From positions 62,001-126,000 of IMG/VR virus record IMGVR_UViG_3300009008_000008: DNA of 64,000 nucleotides; one strand, 5' to 3'. The translations under genes and the position numbers were made by a program. The notes under the pieces were generated by a model. The model made no database searches. It saw only the letters and a list, made by a program, of their open reading frames with translations, and was not told the origin of the DNA. Within the stretch, counting starts at the first letter, position 1. Each line of letters begins with the position of its first letter. Below are positions 16,709 to 25,757 of the stretch, in pieces. The DNA is from an uncultured virus (IMG/VR IMGVR_UViG_3300009008_000008) (taxonomy: Duplodnaviria > Heunggongvirae > Uroviricota > Caudoviricetes).

Positions 16709-17003
16709 CCCACACTCCAATTATTCCTTGGTAGGCATCTGGTGGTGGTCCATGGCCAGGTCGTGGTCTCCAACGTAACGATGCCTTAATTTGGCCCGAC
16801 TTTTCAGAACACCAGTAAGCTTCAACGGTACCACTTACGTTCAAAGGTGAGCCTATGCCCACCCTGTATACTGGTGTTGTGGTTGTTAACGAGAACTTTG
16901 CGAGGACTTCGTTGTTATGGAGGACCTCCACCTGACAGGTTTTGGACTCCAGATAACGTTCCCAACGAACCTTGATAGGACCTAAGATTATCATTTCGCT
17001 CAT
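16701..17003 (-). CDS. Hypothetical protein
   Basis: GAGGAG RBS; 100 aa. Confidence 0.5.
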   Translation of the reverse strand: MSEMIILGPIKVRWERYLESKTCQVEVLHNNEVLAKFSLTTTTPVYRVGIGSPLNVSGTVEAYWCSEKSGQIKASLRWRPRPGHGPPPDAYQGIIGVWDE

Positions 17004-17099
17004 TGCGGCTCCTCAGAGGGCCACCCAAGCACTTTAGGTCCTTGAGAGTCCAAAGATATGTCCAAAGATAAAAACCCGACAGAAGTCCTCTGAGGGCGT

Positions 17100-17483
17100 T
17101 TATGAGGTAAAGGGTATTGACGGGGCTTTAGGTCCCAGTTTGAAGAACTGCTGGTTCCCGTCTTTGTAATCCTCTGTCAACCATCCCTTATCCAACCACT
17201 TGCGGATGGTCTTCCACTGAGCACCTTTTGACCTATACACCACCCGTTCACCCTCCCGTACTTCATTTGTGACCTTACCTTTATCATCGGTTGAGGTGTA
17301 AGGTACCTTCTTGACCACACGTTCGATGACCACAGAGACACGGCCGCGAGCGGCAGCCCGCAACACTCGCAACTGACGACGATCAGCGATACCAGGAGGG
17401 AGTGGTTGTTTCTTATTTAACCTTCCGTCAATGCCGGAGGGTTGACGGGAAGTCTTCTCTTGTTTCGGTTTCTTGGCACTCAT
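17100..17483 (-). CDS. Basic hypothetical protein
   Basis: Start likely MSAKKPK; Lys/Arg-rich. Confidence 0.6.
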   Translation of the reverse strand: MSAKKPKQEKTSRQPSGIDGRLNKKQPLPPGIADRRQLRVLRAAARGRVSVVIERVVKKVPYTSTDDKGKVTNEVREGERVVYRSKGAQWKTIRKWLDKGWLTEDYKDGNQQFFKLGPKAPSIPFTS

Positions 17484-17530
17484 TTCAACGTCCCTTTGGG
17501 TACCCAGCCAACTAAGCCGGTTCGTTAAAG

Positions 17531-18502
17531 TTAAAAACCTAAGCCCCAACCGCGTATCTTCATGGAGCGATCAGTGCCCACCATATGGTTATATTGTGAT
17601 TCTGGAATCAACCAAATATAGGAGAACCCTGTGCCCTCATGAGTGGCAGTGGTTTCTGAGGGCACGAATGAAAATCCAAGCCGTTCCGTCAATAAGTGCT
17701 GGATACGCTTCAGATAGTTTAATGGAGTAAGCCCACGCTTCTTTAGGTAACGTTGGTTAATCCCAACGACTGGTTGGCCCTTCAGGATCACGTAGGTTTC
17801 CATCACTCGAATATCAAAGCCTGCCTGTGCCAAGTCTTCTCGGTTAATGAAGCCTTCAAACACAGGGGCTACCGGCAATTTCAGTACCTGAAATTTTTTC
17901 CTGCTCGTTTTTACGTTAGGCAAAAGGTCCTTAAAATGTTGTACCTCCGCCAACACACCTTTAGCTTGTTCCATGGTACGAGTGGCTTTTCGGTCGGACT
18001 CTGCTTGGTTGGGATCGTTCGTATCTACCACCACCGTCTCACGGGCCTTGGCTTGTTCCATGGCGGCATTAAGTCCATCATTCCATTCCATGGATCTAGA
18101 AAGCCCCTCCTTTAATTTAACAGGAGCAGAGCCTACTCGTTCATCCTCAAGAGCTACCGCGACCCTCAGTAAATCGTGCAACCGGGATCCGACCTGGGCT
18201 TTGACACTACGGAGGTCATCTACTTCCAAGTCACCCTCTTCCAAAGCCTCCAGCGCACTCTCCACAGCGTTGTGACAGTAATCAATGCCTTCCCGGATCT
18301 CCTTCAAAAACTGCGGCAGGCGTTTACTAGCACGGGAAGCTAAGGCTTCCCTGGCGGTTTTTAAAAATGTGACCAGCACTCCTAAGATATCTACACCTTC
18401 GGTCTCTGCCGTTTTACGGTTAAGACGACGGAGTTCCTTCTGGGCTTCCTGTAGGTGCAGGACCAGTGCCTCTTTCCGACTCTTGCTGATCCTCGTTGCC
18501 AT
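17531..18502 (-). CDS. Hypothetical protein (coiled-coil N-terminus)
   Basis: 323 aa; AGGAGG RBS. Confidence 0.7.
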   Translation of the reverse strand: MATRISKSRKEALVLHLQEAQKELRRLNRKTAETEGVDILGVLVTFLKTAREALASRASKRLPQFLKEIREGIDYCHNAVESALEALEEGDLEVDDLRSVKAQVGSRLHDLLRVAVALEDERVGSAPVKLKEGLSRSMEWNDGLNAAMEQAKARETVVVDTNDPNQAESDRKATRTMEQAKGVLAEVQHFKDLLPNVKTSRKKFQVLKLPVAPVFEGFINREDLAQAGFDIRVMETYVILKGQPVVGINQRYLKKRGLTPLNYLKRIQHLLTERLGFSFVPSETTATHEGTGFSYIWLIPESQYNHMVGTDRSMKIRGWGLGF

Positions 18503-18746
18503 GATTTTCCTCCTGATTGATTGTCGGGGTAGTACCCCTTGTTGGTTGGTGTTCTTGTGTTAATATCTCTTTACAGTCTGCCAAACAGTGGGAACAAATG
18601 CATACACGTTCTTCCTGTTTGGCGCCTTCTATGACCTGCATAGGGCCTAAAGCCACTTCCTTTGGAGGTCGTAACTCCATGCAAAAATGGCAACGAAAGG
18701 CACTCCATTTTAGTAACGACTTTTCTCCAGGAAGGATCTCTGTCAT
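18420..18746 (-). CDS. ClpX-type C4 zinc-finger protein
   Basis: RCHFC...VCICSHCLADCKEIL matches the ClpX N-terminal zinc-finger pattern. Confidence 0.55.
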   Translation of the reverse strand: MTEILPGEKSLLKWSAFRCHFCMELRPPKEVALGPMQVIEGAKQEERVCICSHCLADCKEILTQEHQPTRGTTPTINQEENHGNEDQQESERGTGPAPTGSPEGTPSS

Positions 18747-20212
18747 TACACCGTCACCTTGGCAAACTCGCGAAGGTCCTCCACCATTTTTGGGCGTGGG
18801 TCTTTAAGGTGGTATCGCAGATCATCCCTCTGTTTATTCAAATTATTAATGCGGGCCTCAAGGTCCTCGATATTCCAGCGGTGTAACTGCAGGATCTTAA
18901 ACCCCAATATCTGGTCAGCCTCTTCCAAGGTAATACCCTCGAGGTGCTTAACCAAGTAATTGGCAGGCTCCTCATCATCCAAGGACTTCAATACCGTGTC
19001 TTTATTCAGGGACGCCAGCAGACGTAGTTCCAAGTCCCGTATCTTTTTATCCAGCACTCGTATTAGGTACCGCAAGCTACGACGTTCCTGTTTGAGCCTC
19101 CAAGCCACCCAGTTTTTCAGTAACTTGGGGATCGAGGTCCTACGGAACCGGGCCCTCATCTTCCCAGTACTGGCATCGAATGACCTACTGACAATGTTGA
19201 CGCGGAAGTCTAGTTTGGAATCAAAGTAGGACACCACCTCTTGGGATAACGTAACAAAGCGTGAAGCCGCGGTCTTCTTCAAGAATACCGTATACCTTGG
19301 ACCCGTCTCTAGGGAAGTCTCATCGTCTACAGAGGCAACGTAGGACAGCTCTCGTACTTTGGCAACCACTTTTCCGATATTCAGATTGGGTGCGAATCCG
19401 GTAAACGTGAGGGAAAGCTGGTGTTGGTTTACGTGATGGGGCGAGCTGAACCACACCCCACCTGTGCCCTGTTCGTAGAAAGCCCTTAGGTCTGCCAGAC
19501 CTTCTTTGTCCAGGATGGCTTCCCCACCATATTTATACCGGAATTTCAGATGTTTAACACACTCGGCAACACCCACTGGTTCATCGTCCAATAAACGTTG
19601 GACCAATGTGATGAGACCCTTGAGCTCATAACTTGGTATGTGGGCGGTACCGCCCATTGCGATCCCGAAAGTACCATTCACCAAGATATTGGGGACTAGG
19701 GAGGGCAGCACTACAGGCTCCACCGCCTTTCCATCATACGTGGGCATCTCCTCAAGGGTAGGTACGTAGTCAGGGTGGAAGAGACCCTTGTCTGCATATT
19801 TGGTGAGGCGACCCTCTGTGTACCGCATAGCAGCGGGCCCGTCTGTTAGCGAACCCCAGTTACCTTTACCATCGATGAGGGGCGTACTGAGGTTTGCCAT
19901 GGTGACAGCGGCCCCATAGATAGCACTGTCACCATGTGGGTGGAACTTACCCATTGTATCACCAACAATCCTGGCGGCTTTCAAAACCCCGGCGTTATGG
20001 GTAAGCCCTAACTTGTGCATCGCCCAAAGGATGCGACGTTGGACTGGCTTGAGTCCATCTCGGAAGTCGGCAATTGCCCGGTCCTCCAAGGTGTACTTTC
20101 CATAGTCCATCATCGCCCCTCGGGCGTACTCCAATAAACCTACCTCTGGAACATGGGCAACACTCGCAGGGGCTTGGAGCGCGGGGTTAACTTTTCGTGT
20201 TCGTCGGCTCAT
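18746..20212 (-). CDS. Type IIA topoisomerase subunit A (GyrA/ParC-like, no C-terminal pinwheel domain)
   Basis: DGLKPVQRRILWAM, FHPHGDSAIY, GNWGS, PAAMRYTE (catalytic Tyr), PNILVNGTFGIAMG. Confidence 0.95.
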   Translation of the reverse strand: MSRRTRKVNPALQAPASVAHVPEVGLLEYARGAMMDYGKYTLEDRAIADFRDGLKPVQRRILWAMHKLGLTHNAGVLKAARIVGDTMGKFHPHGDSAIYGAAVTMANLSTPLIDGKGNWGSLTDGPAAMRYTEGRLTKYADKGLFHPDYVPTLEEMPTYDGKAVEPVVLPSLVPNILVNGTFGIAMGGTAHIPSYELKGLITLVQRLLDDEPVGVAECVKHLKFRYKYGGEAILDKEGLADLRAFYEQGTGGVWFSSPHHVNQHQLSLTFTGFAPNLNIGKVVAKVRELSYVASVDDETSLETGPRYTVFLKKTAASRFVTLSQEVVSYFDSKLDFRVNIVSRSFDASTGKMRARFRRTSIPKLLKNWVAWRLKQERRSLRYLIRVLDKKIRDLELRLLASLNKDTVLKSLDDEEPANYLVKHLEGITLEEADQILGFKILQLHRWNIEDLEARINNLNKQRDDLRYHLKDPRPKMVEDLREFAKVTV

Positions 20213-20261
20213 ATGTTATTTCCTTGGACCTTTCTACGTTGGACCATTGTTTACCCCTATA

Positions 20262-20290
20262 AGTATAGCATCGGGCGAGCCCAATGTCAA
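20262..20290 (-). promoter_or_regulatory. Sigma70-type promoter for topoisomerase subunit A
   Basis: TTGACA-17 nt-TATACT. Confidence 0.75.
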
Positions 20291-20307
20291 GCGAGTGTTT
20301 TTGACCA

Positions 20308-20715
20308 CTATTGACAGATTGGCACCACGTTTGTCATGTTGTTTCCACTACCTTCTGGGAGCGCAGAGGTTCCAGCAGGGATGATGCCGGTCATTGCCTG
20401 GATGTACTTGTCCTGGATATCCTTCTTGGGGAAGTAGGGCATGGTTTCCACCTGACTGAAGTGGAACCGCATGTCAGAGGTCGGCAACTTCATCTGGTTG
20501 GTGGGTTCCTGCATGTAGTATGAGATGGGTACGAATCCAATCTGGGCGACCTTGACGGGCTTTCCCGTGGCGGGATCCGTTTGATTCTGGATCGCCAGTT
20601 GCAACAGGACGGCATTGTCCAAGTAGATCATTTGCTGCTCTTGGTCAATACGACACTGGCCCAGATACTCGCGGTTTGGTGACCGCATGACAACCATGAT
20701 GGTACTTCTGTCCAT
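20308..20715 (-). CDS. Hypothetical protein, possible Sm-like fold
   Basis: AAGGAG RBS before MDRSTIM; pattern resembles small beta-barrel phage proteins. Confidence 0.5.
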   Translation of the reverse strand: MDRSTIMVVMRSPNREYLGQCRIDQEQQMIYLDNAVLLQLAIQNQTDPATGKPVKVAQIGFVPISYYMQEPTNQMKLPTSDMRFHFSQVETMPYFPKKDIQDKYIQAMTGIIPAGTSALPEGSGNNMTNVVPICQ

Positions 20716-20726
20716 TGTTCTGCTCC

Positions 20727-21428
20727 TTAACAAACATCAAAGTGGTTGAGGCGTTCCAGTAGGGGATCGGATAACCCAGCATCCGCAAAACCCTTGGCAC
20801 GCAATAAGCAACTACGGCACTTGGTACATGGGGATTTACCCCCTTCATAGCAAGTGGTGGTGAAGGCCAATAATTCCATACCACGCGGCAACGACTGAGC
20901 AAACTCTACCACCCCTTGCTTACCCCACTGCATTAGAGGAGTAAGTACCTGGAAGTGGTAGTCCATTCCTTTCGTCAGAGCCTCGGCCATGGCATCCGCA
21001 AAGTCACGGCGAGCGTCTGGGTACCCGCCCAACCCCTGTTCAGATATGCCAAACACCAGGTTAGGGCAATCCAAAGCATAGGCCCTGTTCGCGAGCAAAA
21101 TGGAAAACAGGATGTTACGCCCTGGAACGAACGTAAGGTCCTTGCCACCATCTGGGATCTCCGACGCGTCTTCGTATCGTTTGACTTCGTTCGCGCTGTT
21201 TACCAGTGGACTGGTGGACCGCAAGAGCTCATTCGGGACACTGATAATATCCTGACGTATGCCAAGTTGGCGGCATATGGTCTGGGAAGCAAGCCGTTCC
21301 GCTTCCCATGTTTTGTGTCCATAGTTGAAGGTGATAGCGCGAACCTCGTCAAACTCTTGCTGGGCCCAAATCAGGGCAAGAGTCGAGTCGAGGCCTCCGG
21401 ATAAACTGACAAGGGCTTTCGTTGTCAT
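20727..21428 (-). CDS. queC: 7-cyano-7-deazaguanine synthase
   Basis: SGGLDS, TFNYG, TFVPGRN, GYPD, TPL, TTCYEG...PCTKCRSCLLRAKGF. Confidence 0.95.
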   Translation of the reverse strand: MTTKALVSLSGGLDSTLALIWAQQEFDEVRAITFNYGHKTWEAERLASQTICRQLGIRQDIISVPNELLRSTSPLVNSANEVKRYEDASEIPDGGKDLTFVPGRNILFSILLANRAYALDCPNLVFGISEQGLGGYPDARRDFADAMAEALTKGMDYHFQVLTPLMQWGKQGVVEFAQSLPRGMELLAFTTTCYEGGKSPCTKCRSCLLRAKGFADAGLSDPLLERLNHFDVC

Positions 21429-21463
21429 GGTAGGTTCCTTTCAATAAAATTATGGCTACCCTT

Positions 21464-21471
21464 TATTTACA
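21464..21471 (-). promoter_or_regulatory. TGTAAATA putative promoter for queC
   Basis: Exact motif just downstream of a terminator. Confidence 0.6.
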
Positions 21472-21482
21472 TTATACAAATC

Positions 21483-21517
21483 AAAAGGGCCAACGTCGTG
21501 TTTAACGTTGGCCCTTT
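21483..21517 (-). terminator. Intrinsic terminator
   Basis: AAAGGGCCAACG/CGTTGGCCCTTT stem with T-tract. Confidence 0.75.
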
Positions 21518-21553
21518 GTTGGAAATCCTATTGGGTTGTCAGGTTCCGAGGTG

Positions 21554-21790
21554 TTAACTGTCGTCACTTTCTGATCGGTCCATCATCTCTGTCAACAGGT
21601 CTTCAAAGTCATCACCCCCTGTAACCTGTTCTCCTCCGTCATTATCCCAGACCAGAAACGACACGCCAGCGTCATGGTCCTCGGGAAGTGGGTATAGGTT
21701 GACCCTGAAACTCCCGCCTGTTCCCTCAACTACCAATACATCCCTGTGGCCTGTGGGAGTTTCCTGGTTTCTGATTGCGTAAATAGCCAT
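21554..21790 (-). CDS. Small acidic hypothetical protein
   Basis: GGAGG RBS before MAIYAIR. Confidence 0.55.
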   Translation of the reverse strand: MAIYAIRNQETPTGHRDVLVVEGTGGSFRVNLYPLPEDHDAGVSFLVWDNDGGEQVTGGDDFEDLLTEMMDRSESDDS

Positions 21791-21844
21791 CTTGTCCTCC
21801 TTGGCTTCCACCCTTGCTGGTCCTCATAGGGCCTCCTGCAGGTC

Positions 21845-22054
21845 CTACATGTTTTCGGGTATATTTGGGTTACCCGGATCCCCTGTCCGATTGCGGGCGG
21901 GCTTCTCTTCGGTAGCACCTTGTAAACGTTGGTCCAACCACTCGATCTTTGCATCCAAGGAATTCGGGGACATTGCGTCATGAAAAAGTTTGGATAATGT
22001 TCCTCCGAAAACCCGAAGGGGTGTGGGTTGGAGTCCTTCATATACGATCCTCAT
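21845..22054 (-). CDS. Small hypothetical protein containing a copy of the GATEEKPAR repeat
   Basis: GGAGG RBS before MRIVYEG. Confidence 0.45.
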   Translation of the reverse strand: MRIVYEGLQPTPLRVFGGTLSKLFHDAMSPNSLDAKIEWLDQRLQGATEEKPARNRTGDPGNPNIPENM

Positions 22055-22530
22055 TTTGACCTCCACATTTTACCTTGGAGGGGTTGGGATCAAACTTATT
22101 TCCCAACCCCTCGAGGGGCCACCATGTTACTTGGAGGCTTTGAAAGCGAGGCCGTGAGAGGCCAAAGCATCCTTGACAGCCCTAACCGACCGGCGACCCA
22201 AGCCTGAGATATCGCTCATCTCGGCATGGGTTTTGGCCTTGAGCTGGGAAACGGTCTTGATTCCAGACTTGGCCAGTGTCTCAACCACACGATCAGTCAC
22301 ACCCAGGTCTGCCACGTTCCGCGGGGCCTTGTCACCGGAAGCCTTGGTTTGGGTTCCCCGACGGGACTTGCGGGCGGGCTTCTCTTCGGTAGCACCTTCG
22401 GTGGCCTTGGCTTTCCGGCTCCGACGGCTGGACTTTTTGGTCGCCTCTTCCTTGGGTTGGCTGTCATCAGCGGTCTCCGCCTTGGCTTTCCGACGGGACT
22501 TGCGGGCGGGCTTCTCTTCGGTAGCACCTT
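21891..22530. repeat. Three identical 31-bp direct repeats
   Basis: ttgcgggcgggcttctcttcggtagcacctt at 21891, 22368 and 22500. Confidence 0.9.
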
Positions 22531-22717
22531 CGGTGGCCTTGGCAGTGGGCTTGCGGACGCGAGTCTTTTTGCCTTCGGTCTGACGCTTTTTGAGCTCCTG
22601 CTCCCACTGCTCCGCGAAATCGAAAGCCTTGGCAGCAACGTTCTCAGTTTCACCAGACTCGATCAAAGCGGCCATGGCGAGGATGGAAACCTGGGTTTTG
22701 TTAGACTGACTGTTCAT
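22127..22717 (-). CDS. Basic protein with C-terminal RNA polymerase alphaCTD-like (HhH) domain
   Basis: VADLGVTDRVVETLAKSGIKTVSQL...ISGLGRRSVRAVKDALASHGL follows the alphaCTD pattern; Lys/Arg-rich linker. Confidence 0.75.
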   Translation of the reverse strand: MNSQSNKTQVSILAMAALIESGETENVAAKAFDFAEQWEQELKKRQTEGKKTRVRKPTAKATEGATEEKPARKSRRKAKAETADDSQPKEEATKKSSRRSRKAKATEGATEEKPARKSRRGTQTKASGDKAPRNVADLGVTDRVVETLAKSGIKTVSQLKAKTHAEMSDISGLGRRSVRAVKDALASHGLAFKASK

Positions 22718-22816
22718 CGTTTTGTTCTCCTATGAAATGGTTGCGGGCAAAAACACGCCCTCTTTTTGGTCCTGCTCCTTGCTACCTGCTTCTCGTCATT
22801 CCTAACCTTCGCCTAC

Positions 22817-22845
22817 ATTGCAGCCTACCGGCCTCCTGGAGGCAA
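22817..22845 (-). promoter_or_regulatory. Sigma70-type promoter with shared downstream leader
   Basis: TTGCCT-17 nt-TGCAAT followed by GTAGGCGAAGGTTAGG. Confidence 0.55.
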
Positions 22846-22899
22846 ATAAAAAAATGCGCGTGGTGGTGGATTTTTCGTATCTGGCTGGAAGGAGTACCT

Positions 22900-23301
22900 T
22901 TATCTTACCTTTAGCTTATGACGAATCCCCTTGTCATTTAACTTATCGATGATCCTCTGACGAGCGTGCTTACCCAGTCCTGTGATGGCTACGAAGTCCT
23001 CTTGGGAAAGCTTTGCCACCAGTGACCTGTCCAAACCAGCTTTCCGCAAGGCGTTGTCGATGCGAGTCCCAAGAGCATCACGCTTTTTCTTCGACTCTAC
23101 TTTCTTGGGTTCAGCTTTGGGTTCTGTGGTCGATCGCCGGGAGGCGTTGGTCGGTTGGGTAGTGGTACTTCTCTCCACCCCTAGAAAAGCGTCTGCATAT
23201 TTAAAAGCCTCTTGAGCCGCCTCTGTGTGGTGTTGGTGGCGACCCACCTGTATGATGGCATTCAATGCTGCCAACGCTATATCTGATCTACGTTTATCCA
23301 T
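22900..23301 (-). CDS. Paralog of 22127-22717 with a more divergent alphaCTD-like domain
   Basis: Similar N-terminal helical domain (IALAALNAII...AQEAFKYADAFL); LGTRIDNALRKAGL...ITGLGK. Confidence 0.65.
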   Translation of the reverse strand: MDKRRSDIALAALNAIIQVGRHQHHTEAAQEAFKYADAFLGVERSTTTQPTNASRRSTTEPKAEPKKVESKKKRDALGTRIDNALRKAGLDRSLVAKLSQEDFVAITGLGKHARQRIIDKLNDKGIRHKLKVR

Positions 23302-23346
23302 TAGGTTCTCCTTGACAAAACAAGCAGGGGTATGAATCTTGCTTTT

Positions 23347-23354
23347 TATTTACA
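23347..23354 (-). promoter_or_regulatory. TGTAAATA putative promoter
   Basis: Exact motif downstream of the topoisomerase B terminator. Confidence 0.6.
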
Positions 23355-23377
23355 GCCCTAGCCCGATTCCAGAACAA

Positions 23378-23408
23378 GAAAAAGCCCTGTGAGGGCACAC
23401 AGGGCTTC
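23378..23408 (-). terminator. Intrinsic terminator after topoisomerase subunit B
   Basis: AAGCCCTGTG-TGCCCT-CACAGGGCTT followed by T-tract. Confidence 0.75.
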
Positions 23409-23426
23409 GATTATTGGGAAGCGAGT

Positions 23427-25307
23427 TCAGATACCCAACAGTTCTCGGCGGTACGCTGGGTTGTCGGCCATCAAGAGGCGGAACTCAGCCATCTGTTTTT
23501 TGGAAGGAGCCCCAATCCTAACCATGCGTCGGGTTGATGGATCGAAAGCTAGAGGACGCAGGTCCTCTGGATCTATCTCTCCCCACCCTTTCAGGTAGGT
23601 TACTTGCTTCGGATCCATCTTTGGGCATTGCTTCCGAATCTCGTCTACGGTATCCCCGAAATATTTTTTGCTCCTGTGGGTTCCTGCATACCTTGGACCC
23701 TGTATGGCGTAAATGAGCCCCCTGTCAAACATCCCTGGTAGGTACTGTGCAATGAGAGCAAGGATGAGGGTGTTAATATGTCCACCATCGTAGTCGGAGT
23801 CTGACAAGAGTATTAAGCGTCCAATACGAAGGTTACCAAGAGGGTCGGTGTGTCGAGGGTTGAAGCCTAGGACTTTGAGGATGTTCATCACCTCGTCGGA
23901 TGTGAAGGCCCGGCCCTCCTTGGCCTTCATCACGTTCAAGATCTTACCCTTTAGCGGGAGCACGCCTTGGAATTTACGGTGTCTGGCTTGTCGAGCGGAT
24001 CCCCCGGCTGAGTCCCCTTCCACCAGATAACATTCCCGTTTATGTGCAGGGCACCCACGGGCAGCGTCAGTATACTTGGACGGGAGAACCGACCCACCTA
24101 CCTTGGCATTCAGTTTCCTTAACGCCTGTTTATTAAGGGTGAACTCCTCACGAGCGGCCCGAATGTCTGCCGCTCGCTTACACCAAGCCCGCGCCAGTTT
24201 CTTGTTCTTGGTAAAGAACGCTGATAAAACCCCGGCCAGCACATCTTCAACAGGTTTCTTGGCTCTTGGATCCACCAGCTTCTCTTTTGTCTGCGAAGAG
24301 AATTGAGGTTCATCAAGTTTGGCATTCACCAACCCAATGATGCCATCCCGAAGATCCGGCCCCATGAAAGAATTGCGGCCCTTATATGGCATGAGGGCCT
24401 TTGTCAACGCCGCCCAGAGGGCTGTGACCTGGACACCCCCATCAGCGTTGAGGCTACTGTTGGTGTATGCTTCTACCTTCTCTCCATCATTATTGGTAAA
24501 AGAAAGCGCTACGTCAACGTTGGTGTCACGAACGACAAAATGTGGTCCCTGACTTTGGACCTTCAGTTTTTCGGCCCGAGCGAACAGATAATCTTCAAGG
24601 CCCCTCTTAAACCACCAGCTCTTCTTTGTGCCATTGAACGCCAGTTGGATGCGGAGTCCTTCATTGAGGTAGGCAGTAATCTCGGCCCACTCTTCAATCG
24701 GGGTTTTTGACAGCTTAGCCCGCTTATCAAAAATGGTAGGATCGTGCTCAAAACAGATAACCGTACCAGACTTTGGGCGTGGTACTCTGAAGGGTAGCCT
24801 GGGTGGTCCTCCACACGTTCCTACGGCATCCTGTTCCTCTCCTTGGGCAAAGGTAGTGGTCCACCATTTATGGTTCCTGAAGGTCCATACCTGCATGTAC
24901 TGAGTAAGGGCGTTCACGACTGTCAAACCAACACCGTGAGTGCCCCTAGCATTTTTGTAGGCCTTGGCGTCAAACTTCCCTCCGGCATGAAGCTTGGTCA
25001 GGATCGTGGTCAGGGTGGAGGTTCCTGTCGAGCGATTTTTCTGGACTGGGATGCCTGCCCCGTTGTCAATCACCCAGACTCTCTTTTTGTCCACCAATAT
25101 CATAATGCGATCGTTACGGCCGGCGGCTGCTTCATCCACCGAATTATCCGCCACCTCTTTCAACAGCTGGAACAGGCCCTGGCTATTGGTAGGACCCAAA
25201 TACATGCCGGGACGTTTCCGTATACCCTCGATGGTGCCCAAAGCTTGGATGTGGCTTTCATCATAGGCCTTGGTACCTCGGTTTCTTGTCGTTCGAGCCA
25301 CTGTCAT
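23427..25307 (-). CDS. Type IIA topoisomerase subunit B (GyrB/ParE-like)
   Basis: IRKRPGMYLG, EVADNSVDE, DNGAGIP, LHAGGKF, GTHGVG, FSSQTKEKL, LVEGDSAGG, PLKGKILN, DSDYDG, KGWGE. Confidence 0.95.
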   Translation of the reverse strand: MTVARTTRNRGTKAYDESHIQALGTIEGIRKRPGMYLGPTNSQGLFQLLKEVADNSVDEAAAGRNDRIMILVDKKRVWVIDNGAGIPVQKNRSTGTSTLTTILTKLHAGGKFDAKAYKNARGTHGVGLTVVNALTQYMQVWTFRNHKWWTTTFAQGEEQDAVGTCGGPPRLPFRVPRPKSGTVICFEHDPTIFDKRAKLSKTPIEEWAEITAYLNEGLRIQLAFNGTKKSWWFKRGLEDYLFARAEKLKVQSQGPHFVVRDTNVDVALSFTNNDGEKVEAYTNSSLNADGGVQVTALWAALTKALMPYKGRNSFMGPDLRDGIIGLVNAKLDEPQFSSQTKEKLVDPRAKKPVEDVLAGVLSAFFTKNKKLARAWCKRAADIRAAREEFTLNKQALRKLNAKVGGSVLPSKYTDAARGCPAHKRECYLVEGDSAGGSARQARHRKFQGVLPLKGKILNVMKAKEGRAFTSDEVMNILKVLGFNPRHTDPLGNLRIGRLILLSDSDYDGGHINTLILALIAQYLPGMFDRGLIYAIQGPRYAGTHRSKKYFGDTVDEIRKQCPKMDPKQVTYLKGWGEIDPEDLRPLAFDPSTRRMVRIGAPSKKQMAEFRLLMADNPAYRRELLGI

Positions 25308-25336
25308 CTCCTGGCTTGGGTTAATAATCCTTAGTC

Positions 25337-25344
25337 TATTTACA
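25337..25344 (-). promoter_or_regulatory. TGTAAATA putative promoter for topoisomerase subunit B
   Basis: Exact motif 30 nt upstream of the start. Confidence 0.6.
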
Positions 25345-25351
25345 ACTCAAC

Positions 25352-25383
25352 AAAAAGGCGGCCTATCCCGAAGGATGCCGCCT
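25352..25383 (-). terminator. Intrinsic terminator with UUCG loop
   Basis: AGGCGGC-ATCC-TTCG-GGAT-AG-GCCGCCT then TTTT. Confidence 0.8.
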
Positions 25384-25401
25384 CCAACACCCTTCATGGG
25401 T

Positions 25402-25430
25402 ATTGTAACATAATTTCTTGCGCCTGTCAA
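25402..25430 (-). promoter_or_regulatory. Sigma70-type promoter
   Basis: TTGACA-17 nt-TACAAT with extended -10 TG. Confidence 0.75.
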
Positions 25431-25457
25431 GACCACACATAGGTAGAGCCTCACCAT

Positions 25458-25757
25458 TTAATAAAACCCTCGGTGTGTGAACAGGACGGGGTTAAGGAAC
25501 ACCGAGGTACACTTATCACAAACACGAGCCGCTATCTCCCCCATCTTAAAGGTGTGGTACTTGCGACCCAAACATATAGGACAACGAAAATTGCTGGAGG
25601 CGTGCTTTTCATTGTAGGTGGACAACCTTTTCAACTCTCCCAAAGGTATGCGGTTTAATTTTTCCGCCTCCACATCATAGATTCGATCGGCTTCCTGCCT
25701 TATTTCCCGTATGCCCAAGAGTCGTTCATTTTCGTCAGGGCCCGCCATGGGTGTCAC
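25458..25757 (-). CDS. Zinc-ribbon protein
   Basis: CPIC...VCDKC. Confidence 0.55.
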   Translation of the reverse strand: MTPMAGPDENERLLGIREIRQEADRIYDVEAEKLNRIPLGELKRLSTYNEKHASSNFRCPICLGRKYHTFKMGEIAARVCDKCTSVFLNPVLFTHRGFY

